A stretch of DNA of 57,830 nt from contig CAZQSS010000002.1 in NCBI GenBank assembly GCA_964596405.1, positions 1 through 57,830 of the forward strand, written 5' to 3'. Source of the DNA: an uncultured Gammaproteobacteria bacterium. GTDB lineage: Bacteria; Patescibacteriota; Patescibacteriia; Magasanikbacterales; UBA10003. Position 1 is the first letter of the stretch, and each line of letters starts with the position of its first letter. A program made the translations under genes and the position numbers. Below are positions 24,893 to 32,712 of the stretch, in pieces. Below the pieces are notes generated by a model, which saw only the letters and a list, made by a program, of their open reading frames with translations, ran no database searches and was not told the origin of the DNA.

Positions 24893-25258
24893 TCACCGTA
24901 CCGTCATGGCTCGGTGGGGTGCTCTTCTTCTCGCGAGCTCTTTGCGCTCGTCTTTCGTGAGGGTGTTGGCCTGTTCCTTGGCGTATAATCCCTCAATTCT
25001 GTCCCAATCTATCACTGCATTGTTGCGAGCCCATAACTCCCGATGTTCCTTGTCCTCTTCGCTGGAAATGCTACCAGCGATGGACTTAGAGGTTAGTTCA
25101 TGAAGCCTCTTCATCCATACTTCTCTTTCGCTGATTTTTTTCCACGATCGTATTTGCTTGAGTTTCTCAAGCTCTTTGTTGGTGAGTGTGCCAGCTTGCT
25201 CCTTGCGAAGCAAGTCGTGGAATATTCGCATCACATTCTCTATTCTTAAGGAACTCAT
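24893..25258 (-). CDS. Hypothetical 121-aa protein with internal repeat (KEQAGTLTNKELEKL / KEQANTLTKDERKEL)
   Basis: Good RBS (AGGAGGTGGCG-ATG). Last gene of the operon that starts at 26835. Confidence 0.6.
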   Translation of the reverse strand: MSSLRIENVMRIFHDLLRKEQAGTLTNKELEKLKQIRSWKKISEREVWMKRLHELTSKSIAGSISSEEDKEHRELWARNNAVIDWDRIEGLYAKEQANTLTKDERKELARRRAPHRAMTVR

Positions 25259-25300
25259 TCGCCACCTCCTAATCTTTGTTCAAAGGGAGTCTTTTAAGTT

Positions 25301-26062
25301 TTAGTTTGCCAAAATCTGATAAATCAGGTTCTGACCCTTCTCCAGCGCCTCAACAGCGTTACTGTCTTTCAGGCAGTTGTGCTGAGCCTGCAAATAGTCC
25401 TTGATAACCCGGTTGGCCTCCAGCATCTCGCCGAATTTCAGGTACGGCGCGCCGTCTTTGAGAAAACCGTCGGCCATTCTTTCGGCCGTGCGGAAAACAA
25501 CCAAGCTCACGGTGATGGACGACGGGTCATACCGCTCATCCGTAGCTCTTGTGCCTTCATTGCAGATATCCTCGCGCGGCATCACATAGCCCTCTTCAAT
25601 GGCCACCACGTTTTCCGCCAGGATATTGAGCATCAGCCGCGTCGCTTCCATCATCTTGATCTTGTGTTCAAAACCGATGACGGTGGCGGTAAAATCAGCT
25701 GGACCAATAATCTGCCGCGGCCGGCTCATGGGTTCAAGAAAAATCTCGCCCTGGGTAGCCACCACTTCCATGTGTTTGCTATTGACTCCCACCAAGGCGT
25801 CCATGCGGGTGTAAAGCGCCGCCCGATCATCAGCTGAAATTTCCATAGAATGGTCAGTTCGGTTGGTGAAAATCTTTTCGCCCGGGATGTATTGGCCGCC
25901 GTCGCTGATGATGGAATAAGACGCGTAGTGAACCGTAGCCTCGGGGAAATTGATAATAATGGGATCGGGTTCCGTGATCACCAGCGGCTTTTTGGAACAG
26001 CCGCCGATGGCCAGAGTGAAAACCGCGAATGCGATCAAGAAAAAACACGTCAGCTTTTTCAT
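25301..26062 (-). CDS. Lipoprotein, paralog family member 3
   Basis: Start trimmed to MKKLTCFFLIAFAVFTLAIGGC (lipobox). Its ATG overlaps the upstream stop codon (ATGA). Aligns with 26059-26835 (IKMMEATRLMLNILAENV vs IKMMTVTQLLLVYLADRL). Confidence 0.8.
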   Translation of the reverse strand: MKKLTCFFLIAFAVFTLAIGGCSKKPLVITEPDPIIINFPEATVHYASYSIISDGGQYIPGEKIFTNRTDHSMEISADDRAALYTRMDALVGVNSKHMEVVATQGEIFLEPMSRPRQIIGPADFTATVIGFEHKIKMMEATRLMLNILAENVVAIEEGYVMPREDICNEGTRATDERYDPSSITVSLVVFRTAERMADGFLKDGAPYLKFGEMLEANRVIKDYLQAQHNCLKDSNAVEALEKGQNLIYQILAN

Positions 26063-26835
26063 TTCACCTCTCCTTTGTAAAGAAGGTTGAGGAGTTCCTG
26101 AAACTGAATCAGAGCTTCTTCTGTTTCCGTATCGGACAGACAACCGGCTCGGAGAGCAACTACTCGTCGCGTGACTTCCCAAGCGGCCACCACCTCATCG
26201 TATTTGAGATAACGACTGCCGTCGGCCAAACGCGTTGTCGCCAGCCGATCCGCCAGCAGTTGCACCATGCCATCGCTCGGATTGAGATTGGAATCAAATT
26301 CCACCGTGTCCGGGCTCGGACAAACGTATGGCGCAAATTCATAACGCGCCAAACTTTCCAATCGGTCAGCCAGATAAACCAATAAAAGCTGGGTGACAGT
26401 CATCATCTTGATCCTCTCGCCCGCTTCCACAAAAGCGACAAATCTGGCCGGATTGTTGGTCGGGTCTTCAGACCGCGCCTCAACGATTAGAGCGTGCAGT
26501 TCGCGGCCGGCCTCGGCGCCATTGGGGCACCGGATGACCATCCGCTCATCAAGTTGCGACATTTCTTTTTCAATCTTCAACGTCATTCGCAAGTCAGATT
26601 GGCAATTTTCTGTCATCCGATTATTGTAAAACGTCTTAATAGAATACATGACAATCGCTTCGGGGAAAATCAGCGCTTCTGACTGATAGTCGGACTTTTC
26701 CATATACGGCTCGACCCGCCCGCCTGCTTGCGGAGCTTGCGGCGGGGCCGGTTTTGCCAACGCCGGCACAATCGGCGCGCTCGCGCAACCCAGAACAAAA
26801 AACATCGCCCCAAACAACCACATCAGCTTCTTCAT
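26059..26835 (-). CDS. Lipoprotein, paralog family member 2
   Basis: Signal peptide and lipobox MFFVLGC. The C-terminal block DGSRYLKYDEVVAAWEVTRRVVALRAGCLSDTETEEALIQFQELLNLLY is shared with the paralogs. Confidence 0.8.
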   Translation of the reverse strand: MKKLMWLFGAMFFVLGCASAPIVPALAKPAPPQAPQAGGRVEPYMEKSDYQSEALIFPEAIVMYSIKTFYNNRMTENCQSDLRMTLKIEKEMSQLDERMVIRCPNGAEAGRELHALIVEARSEDPTNNPARFVAFVEAGERIKMMTVTQLLLVYLADRLESLARYEFAPYVCPSPDTVEFDSNLNPSDGMVQLLADRLATTRLADGSRYLKYDEVVAAWEVTRRVVALRAGCLSDTETEEALIQFQELLNLLYKGEVK

Positions 26836-26928
26836 TGGATTCTCCTTTTGCCCCGTTTGCGGGGCTTTTTAGTTGTTAAAGATGCTCCCATTATCCTCAC
26901 ACAAACTGACCAAATTGTCAATCCGCTA

Positions 26929-26958
26929 AATCAAAACCCGATACTGTTAAGTATCGGG
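26929..26958 (-). terminator. Rho-independent terminator after the Cys-rich protein gene
   Basis: Hairpin CCCGATAC-ttaaca-GTATCGGG followed by TTTTGATTT on the minus strand. Confidence 0.75.
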
Positions 26959-26977
26959 CTAGGGATCCAAGCGGTTA

Positions 26978-27439
26978 CTACGGGAACTGGCAGTGCCGAG
27001 CCTGTTTCCAGAACTCTTCATCCACCATCTGGGCGCAGGCTTCGTTCGCATCGTGAGGCAGGGAGTAACAGCTGGGGTCATGATGCGCCGCCTCGTGGAC
27101 CAGAGTGTCGGCTTGGCCGATCGGAAGATTGGTCGGATCGCGAAGCTCGGCCACGCGACAACCGTCCTTGACGTAGGCGCAGCCCACCGCTTCACAGAGT
27201 CCTTCCGGCGTCCGCTTGTTGCACGGGCACTTGTTCCCGCGCACCAGGATGATCGTGTCCACCCGGTCCTTGATGTAGTCCTCGTACTCGGGACCCGCGC
27301 ACTCCAAAATCTCCTTGGTCTTCTCGGGCGCCACCTGGTCGTAACCATCCATGCAGGACGGCTCCACGGCCCAGGGCTCACCGCACGCGTTGCAAATCGT
27401 CGCCACACACACCATCGCCGCCATAAGCATCGTTTTCAT
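26978..27439 (-). CDS. Secreted Cys-rich protein with HExxH motif (putative zinc metallopeptidase-like)
   Basis: Signal peptide, about 16 Cys residues in 153 aa, and the motif LVHEAAHHD. Confidence 0.6.
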   Translation of the reverse strand: MKTMLMAAMVCVATICNACGEPWAVEPSCMDGYDQVAPEKTKEILECAGPEYEDYIKDRVDTIILVRGNKCPCNKRTPEGLCEAVGCAYVKDGCRVAELRDPTNLPIGQADTLVHEAAHHDPSCYSLPHDANEACAQMVDEEFWKQARHCQFP

Positions 27440-27509
27440 GATAAGCCTCCTTTAGGGTTGCTTGCCCCGTTTTGCGGGGAGTTGAACAAATAACTATCTT
27501 GAACAAATA

Positions 27510-27538
27510 AGTATAGCACATCTTTGGGATTTTGTCAA
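27510..27538 (-). promoter_or_regulatory. Sigma70-type promoter (TTGACA-17-TATACT)
   Basis: The minus strand reads TTGACAaaatcccaaagatgtgcTATACT. Confidence 0.65.
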
Positions 27539-27615
27539 GACACTTAACTTGGCTAACATTAGCCAAAAAACCAAAGATTAAGCTTATTTAAGGCTTATTT
27601 TGGGGGCTACTGCCA

Positions 27616-27644
27616 TTGACAAAGATTCAAACACCTGGTAATAT
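27616..27644 (+). promoter_or_regulatory. Sigma70-type promoter (TTGACA-17-TAATAT)
   Basis: TTGACAaagattcaaacacctggTAATAT, 58 nt upstream of the small ORF at 27703. Confidence 0.6.
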
Positions 27645-27702
27645 TCCTTCTTAGTAGTCGTCTGCGCCCTGTTCTTTGAACCCAGACCCAAAAAGGAGAA
27701 AA

Positions 27703-27846
27703 ATGCCGAACCTGAAAATGCCCGTGGACGCGATCGTGAGTGTTCTGGAAGCCGAAATACAGCAGATGACGCCCGAGGAACGTGCGGCCCTGGTCAAAAA
27801 CATGATGCGTCTGAAAAAGCTGGCCGAAAAACTGACCGAGGAATAA
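27703..27846 (+). CDS. Small 47-aa helical protein (absent from the ORF track)
   Basis: AAGGAG RBS 6 nt before the ATG. Translation is MPNLKMPVDAIVSVLEAEIQQMTPEERAALVKNMMRLKKLAEKLTEE. It has its own promoter and terminator. Confidence 0.55.
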   Translation: MPNLKMPVDAIVSVLEAEIQQMTPEERAALVKNMMRLKKLAEKLTEE

Positions 27847-27960
27847 AGCATCCTCAATTATCACGCCAACCACGTCGGTTGCTGACCGAGGGAAAAGGTA
27901 TCCCGACGTCACAGAACGCATCCCCTCTTTTGACTGCTGTTAACAGCGTCTAACTCAAAA

Positions 27961-27996
27961 CCCCTCGGACATAATGTCTCGAGGGGTTTTTATTTT
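27961..27996 (+). terminator. Rho-independent terminator
   Basis: Hairpin CCCCTCGGAC-ataat-GTCTCGAGGGG followed by TTTTTATTTTT. Confidence 0.75.
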
Positions 27997-28134
27997 TGCC
28001 TGTCATGATGCCAATCTCAACACCTCCCTTAATCCCTCCTTCGCAAGGAGGGAAAAACATGTTTCAAGTTTTCCCGCCACAGCGGGATCCCGACTTCATT
28101 ATTATCAAATAAAAAAGGTACGTCGGGACATGCT

Positions 28135-29421
28135 TCAAGGTTTCAGTCTGTTAATCATGCGGGGAAATGGTATGCTCTCTCTTACGTGTGAGAGGCCGCA
28201 GATCCAGGTGACGAGTCGTTCCAGGCCATAGCCAAAACCCGAGTGCGGCACCGAGCCGTAACGGCGTAAATCCAAATACCATTCAAACGGTTCGCGTTTC
28301 AAACCGAATTCTTTTAAACGCCGGAGCAGGGTTTCGTAATCGTCTTCGCGCTGACTGCCACCGATCACTTCGCCATAACCCTCAGGCGCGAGCAAATCCG
28401 CGCAGAGCGCGCGACTTTCATCTTGCGGATCACGTTTCATATAAAAGGCCTTAATTTTGGCCGGATATTTTTCAACAAATACGGGCTTGTCGTATTCTTT
28501 GGTCAGAGTGGTTTCATCATCCCCGCCTAAATCGTCGTCGGCTTTAATATCCGAACCCAATTTGCGCAATTTTTTAACCGCCTCTTCATGGCTTAACCGA
28601 TAAAACGGTGCTTTGACGTTTTCTAAGGGCTTAACATCGCGTTCTAAAATTTTTAATTCCTCCTGATTGATTTCCAAAACTTTATTGACAATAAAACTGA
28701 CGAGATTTTCCTGGATTTCCAAATTGCCAACGTGCTCCACAAAAGCCATCTCCGCGTCCATCATCCAAAACTCGGTTAAGTGCCGGCGAGTTTTGCTTTT
28801 TTCCGCGCGGAAAACCGGCCCAAAATCAAACACGCGGCCGTGCGAAAAAATCGCCGATTCAATATAGAGCTGGCCGGATTGGGTGAGATAAGCGTTGCCC
28901 TCGTCAAAATATTTCATGCCGAAAAGTTCGGTGGTATTTTCGCAGGAAGTCGGAGTCAAAATCGGCGCGTCAATTTTAATAAAATCGTTCTGATTAAAAA
29001 ATTCATAAGTGGCGTTGATAATGGTATTGCGGACACGCTGAATCGCCCACTGCCGCGGCGCACGCAGCCAAAGGTGGCGAATATCCAAAAGAAAATCCGG
29101 CCCGTGCTCTTTTTTGCCAATCGGGAACTCTTCGGCCAGTTGCACAATTTTCAAATCCCCAACCTGAATTTCAAAAACGCCCGGATGCTTGGGGTGGGCG
29201 CTCACCCGGCCATGGACAATCACCGACGTCTCTACGGTGATTTTTTGCGCCGTTTCCCAAACCGCCTCGGGCACGGATTTTTTATCCACGATCGCCTGGA
29301 CAAAACCCGAACCGTCGCGAATTTGCAAAAACGCGATACTGCCCGAAGAGCGCAGATTGTAAACCCAGCCTTTTAGCTCCACCTCTTTTCCAACTGATAA
29401 TGATAAGTTCTTAATAAACAT
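28135..29421 (-). CDS. asnS: Asparaginyl-tRNA synthetase
   Basis: 428 aa with FRAEKSKTRRHLTEFWMMDAEMAF and GGSQRE...YLDLRRYGSVPHSGFGYGLERLV..IPFPR. Confidence 0.9.
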   Translation of the reverse strand: MFIKNLSLSVGKEVELKGWVYNLRSSGSIAFLQIRDGSGFVQAIVDKKSVPEAVWETAQKITVETSVIVHGRVSAHPKHPGVFEIQVGDLKIVQLAEEFPIGKKEHGPDFLLDIRHLWLRAPRQWAIQRVRNTIINATYEFFNQNDFIKIDAPILTPTSCENTTELFGMKYFDEGNAYLTQSGQLYIESAIFSHGRVFDFGPVFRAEKSKTRRHLTEFWMMDAEMAFVEHVGNLEIQENLVSFIVNKVLEINQEELKILERDVKPLENVKAPFYRLSHEEAVKKLRKLGSDIKADDDLGGDDETTLTKEYDKPVFVEKYPAKIKAFYMKRDPQDESRALCADLLAPEGYGEVIGGSQREDDYETLLRRLKEFGLKREPFEWYLDLRRYGSVPHSGFGYGLERLVTWICGLSHVRESIPFPRMINRLKP

Positions 29422-29477
29422 ATTTTTTCAAAGCTACGCTTTTAATTTAAACTCTAATTTGAAACAAACTGTCTTTT

Positions 29478-29631
29478 AAGTTCAAAGTTCAAATGCCAAA
29501 GTTCAAATCAATGCCTAAAGCTCTAAGTTCAAATTTTGGGATATTTGACATTAGGATTTTTACCCGCCCACAGCCTGCCTGCCGGTAGGCAGGGCGGATT
29601 GATTTGACATTTGAACTTGGGATTTTGAAAT
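29478..29631. repeat. GTTCAAATGCCAAAGTTCAAATCAATGC.../...GATTGATTTGACATTTGAAC palindromic element (copy 1), with a nested 20-bp palindrome at 29574-29593
   Basis: Long inverted arms. The second copy is at 30814-30937. Confidence 0.85.
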
Positions 29632-30285
29632 TTAAAATATGCGATATTGTATAAACTCCTCAATCAAACTCAATAATTTTTTACTGACCTCGTCTGATTC
29701 GGTTTTGCCCGCCCTCCACCCCTCCACTATTTCCTGGCTGATTTCTTCCTGTTTTTCTTTGATGGTTTTCTGACCGCAACCGGCGCAAACCAATCCGCCG
29801 CGTTCAAAATTAAAAAAATTATTGGCCGATTCAACTAGTTTTTTGCAAACTAGACATTTTTGCAATTCTGGCTGGTGGCCGGTTAAAGCCAGAAGCCTGA
29901 TGCTGAAAAATAAATAATTTTTCCGGCCGGCTAAAAAATCTTTAAGCAGATCGTAAACCTCGGCTTCTTTTTGATGTTCCGGCATCAGTTTGTCCACCAA
30001 ACCGGTGGCTTTTTGAGCCGAATACAACCTTTCTAACCCTGTCTTAAGATTAAAATTGTCCACTAAAATCGCCTGTCCTATTTTATCAAAAGATTTGCCC
30101 GGCGCCAACATCAGCCGCAATTCCCGGGCCGGCTCCAGTTGCCCCGCCAGCTTGCTCCCGATTTTTTTGGCGCCAATCGCCACCGCCCGAATTTTTCCGT
30201 GTTCCCGACTCAAGAGGCTCACCGACAAATCCGCTTCCCGAAAAGTCTCCCGTCTCAGAATAATCGCCGTAACGTTGTATGTCAT
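29632..30285 (-). CDS. recO: DNA repair protein RecO
   Basis: Start trimmed to MTYNVTAIILRRETFREADL. OB-fold N-terminus and zinc motif CLVC..CAGC. Confidence 0.75.
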   Translation of the reverse strand: MTYNVTAIILRRETFREADLSVSLLSREHGKIRAVAIGAKKIGSKLAGQLEPARELRLMLAPGKSFDKIGQAILVDNFNLKTGLERLYSAQKATGLVDKLMPEHQKEAEVYDLLKDFLAGRKNYLFFSIRLLALTGHQPELQKCLVCKKLVESANNFFNFERGGLVCAGCGQKTIKEKQEEISQEIVEGWRAGKTESDEVSKKLLSLIEEFIQYRIF

Positions 30286-30402
30286 AAAAATTCTAAATTC
30301 GAAATCCCAAATCCGAAACAATATCAAAATTCAAATTTTCTAAACTCTAAACTCTTTTGAATTTCGAATTTTGGACATTTGGATTTGTTTCGAATTTCGG
30401 AT
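30286..30402. repeat. Palindromic intergenic repeat, same family as 12366-12502
   Basis: AAATTCTAAATTCGAAATCCCAAATCCGAAAC ... GTTTCGAATTTCGGATTTAGAGTTTCGGATTT. Confidence 0.75.
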
Positions 30403-30795
30403 TTAGAGTTTCGGATTTCTTTCAATGTAATTTTCTAAAATAACCATCGCGGCGCCGATGTCGCGACTGCCTTTGGTGCCGGCGCCCAAGACATCGGCCG
30501 CGCGGCTCGTCATCCGCTCATCAACTATTTTGACCGGCACGGACACGCTGGCGGCTAAAAAATCTATAAATTTTTGCGTTTCTTGAGCTTTGGGGCCGCG
30601 CTCACCCGTAAGCGACAAGGGCAAACCCACGACTATGGTTTTAACATCCTTTTCTACAATTATTTTTTTAATCTCGGATAAAACAAAATCTTTGTTTTTA
30701 TTTTCTATTTCTTTCAATGGCAAAACCACGCGGCTGCCTTCTTCAACAAAAGCGACGCCGATTCGTTTAGAACCATAATCAATGCCTAATAACAT
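30403..30795 (-). CDS. ruvX: Holliday junction resolvase-like RuvX (YqgF)
   Basis: Start trimmed to MLLGIDYGSKRIGVA. Contains DERMTS. Confidence 0.85.
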   Translation of the reverse strand: MLLGIDYGSKRIGVAFVEEGSRVVLPLKEIENKNKDFVLSEIKKIIVEKDVKTIVVGLPLSLTGERGPKAQETQKFIDFLAASVSVPVKIVDERMTSRAADVLGAGTKGSRDIGAAMVILENYIERNPKL

Positions 30796-30813
30796 AAAAA
30801 TAAAATATAATTC

Positions 30814-30937
30814 CAAAGTTCAAATGCCAAAGTTCAAATCAATGCTTAAAGTTCTAATTTCAAATTTTTGACATTTAAATTTTGTCCCGCCACGGCGGGA
30901 TTGATTTGACATTGGAAATTGGGAATTTGACATTTGA
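30814..30937. repeat. GTTCAAATGCCAAAGTTCAAATCAATGC palindromic element (copy 2)
   Basis: Near-identical left arm to 29478-29631. The centre is CCCGCCACGGCGGG. Confidence 0.85.
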
Positions 30938-30971
30938 GGTGCTTTTTCTTTGGACTAAGAACCGCTTATGC

Positions 30972-31772
30972 TTATGTAACTATTTCATTCCCTCTCTCGG
31001 TTATGATAATTGTGTGTTCAAAATGCGCCGCCCAAGAAGCATCGCAAGTCCGGATGCTAAAACCATCCGGCCCGGTTTCAATGTGGCACTTCCCCAAAGT
31101 CAGCATTGGTTCAATGGCCAAAACCTGCCCGGGCTTGATTTCTACTTTAGACAAAGTCGCGTCAAAATAATTGGGAATACGCGGCGCCTCGTGCACGCCA
31201 TAACCCACGCCATGGCCCACCAAGTCGCGCACGATCCCGATTCGGATGTCTTGTTTTTTAACAAAAGTTTCAATCGCCTTACCAATATCGGCGATGCTAT
31301 TGCCCGGTTTGGCCGCGGCAATTCCGATGGCCAAAGATTTTTGAGTGATTTTAATTAATTTTTCCACTTCTTTAGAAACCTGACCAACTTTGACCGTGGT
31401 GGCCGTATCCGTATAAAAACCATTGGGGTAAGGCCACTCCATACCAATATCAATGCCGATGTTGTCGCCCGCTTTTAAAATGCGGCCCGGCACGGCCGGC
31501 GCGTGCACTACTTCTTCATTGATGGAAGTGCACAGAGCGGTGGGGTAAGGTATTTCGCCGCGCGTCTGATAACCGCGAAAAGACGGCCGGCCGCCGGCTT
31601 CAGTAATCAACTTTTGCGCCACTTCTTCCAGTTCGGCCGTGTTAACACCCGGTTTGACCATCCTGGCAATCTTGCCCAAAATCTGGCCCAGTTGCCGCCC
31701 GCCTTCGCGAATTAAGGCCAACTCCTCGGGTTTTTTAATTGTCACTAATTCTTTAGACATAATTTGAATCAA
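30972..31772 (-). CDS. map: Methionine aminopeptidase type I
   Basis: 266 aa with the metal ligand blocks DIGMEW.., VGHGVG and FEHTIIIT. Confidence 0.9.
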   Translation of the reverse strand: MIQIMSKELVTIKKPEELALIREGGRQLGQILGKIARMVKPGVNTAELEEVAQKLITEAGGRPSFRGYQTRGEIPYPTALCTSINEEVVHAPAVPGRILKAGDNIGIDIGMEWPYPNGFYTDTATTVKVGQVSKEVEKLIKITQKSLAIGIAAAKPGNSIADIGKAIETFVKKQDIRIGIVRDLVGHGVGYGVHEAPRIPNYFDATLSKVEIKPGQVLAIEPMLTLGKCHIETGPDGFSIRTCDASWAAHFEHTIIITERGNEIVT

Positions 31773-31865
31773 ACACAGATATACAGATTTTATACGAATA
31801 CACAGATCACAGATCTGTGATCTGTGCGATCTGTATCGAAATCTGTGATATCTGTGTTATCATTC
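31773..31865. repeat. CACAGATCACAGATCTGTGATCTGTG palindromic repeat family (copy 2)
   Basis: Same core as 14779-14872. Confidence 0.85.
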
Positions 31866-31883
31866 TAGCTTAAATAGCGCCTC

Positions 31884-31912
31884 TTGACAAGTTTGCTGTT
31901 TTGTGCTATACT
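31884..31912 (+). promoter_or_regulatory. Sigma70-type promoter (TTGACA-17-TATACT)
   Basis: TTGACAagtttgctgttttgtgcTATACT, sharing the TGTGCTATA extended -10 with the other islands. Confidence 0.65.
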
Positions 31913-31980
31913 TATTTAAAAGCCTGAAATAGGCTTAAAATAGCTCTTTGACAGTTGAGGCTAAACCCAGCTCTAAAACA

Positions 31981-32016
31981 GTCCTCCTGCGCTAAAGCTA
32001 CGGAGGACAAGGAGGC
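31981..32016 (+). promoter_or_regulatory. Conserved 5' leader with anti-SD/SD hairpin (copy 2)
   Basis: GTCCTCCTGCGCTAAAGCTACGGAGGACAAGGAGGC, ending 5 nt before the ATG at 32022. Confidence 0.7.
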
Positions 32017-32021
32017 TCACA

Positions 32022-32609
32022 ATGAAGCTCTGGACAATGGTGCTGATGGCGGTCGTGGCCCTTTTCTGTTTCACGCTCGCGGCCTATGCCCAGGAGGACA
32101 AGACCGAGGCGGCCAAGATCCAGGCGATCGCCGACGCCGAAGCCATGCTCCAGCCGCTGGAGGATAACGTAAGTATCCTCTGGAAGAAAATGTTCGAGGA
32201 CCGCCAAGTCAAGTGGGAGGAAATGAAGTCTCTCAATGCGGCAATCGAAAAGTATGAGAATGAACTCGAGGCCGCAAACCAACACCTCTCAATCTACGAC
32301 GACGCCAAACTCCCAAACCGGCTCTACCTGTCCACCAGGGAATTCAACAAGTTCTACTTCCAAGGAGCAAAGTACGGCCACCTCGACCAACCCAAAATGC
32401 GACTCATAGCCGCCAAAGAGGGTGTTGACCTGCAAAAGATAGAAAAGCACGTAAATCCGGCGACTCAAGGAGTATCGTGGCTTGGAATACTACTATGCGC
32501 GGGAATCTTACTGCTTGGGCTGATAAAAAAGAGCCCTGTGGTCGCGGCGCTGGGTTTTGGACTAATGGCAGCCACATCTGTTTCCTTCCTGATAATCATA
32601 TCTGCCTGA
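32022..32609 (+). CDS. Secreted coiled-coil protein with C-terminal two-TM anchor, unknown function
   Basis: Signal peptide (..TLAAYA-QE) and two C-terminal hydrophobic helices. G+C-rich island with its own promoter and terminator. Confidence 0.65.
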   Translation: MKLWTMVLMAVVALFCFTLAAYAQEDKTEAAKIQAIADAEAMLQPLEDNVSILWKKMFEDRQVKWEEMKSLNAAIEKYENELEAANQHLSIYDDAKLPNRLYLSTREFNKFYFQGAKYGHLDQPKMRLIAAKEGVDLQKIEKHVNPATQGVSWLGILLCAGILLLGLIKKSPVVAALGFGLMAATSVSFLIIISA

Positions 32610-32635
32610 CCTCTCCTAACAGACCTCACAACCAA

Positions 32636-32671
32636 CACCCCCAATCCTAACGGATTCGGGGGTGTTTTTTT
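32636..32671 (+). terminator. Rho-independent terminator
   Basis: Hairpin CACCCCCAATCC-taac-GGATTCGGGGGTG followed by TTTTTTT. Confidence 0.8.
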
Positions 32672-32712
32672 GACCAACAATAACAGCGATGTTATAATCA
32701 AATCAAACCTTT

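Noticed and set aside
26893-26921. A promoter for the lipoprotein operon using TTGACA at 26916-26921.
   Set aside because: The best -10 (GATAAT) is 20 nt away, and with a 17-nt spacer the hexamer is GAGGAT. The evidence is too weak to list as a feature, and read-through from upstream or another start site is possible.
25379-27493. The ORFs 25379-25837(+), 26029-26385(+), 26728-27171(+), 26959-27408(-) and 26993-27493(+).
   Set aside because: They are antisense or alternative frames in G+C-rich genes and conflict with the better-supported lipoprotein and Cys-rich protein frames.
24840-28000. The G+C-rich islands as prophage or ICE remnants.
   Set aside because: There are no integrase, capsid, terminase, portal, replication or conjugation genes. 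I found no flanking direct repeats other than a weak 9-bp inverted match (27901-27909 / 28119-28127).
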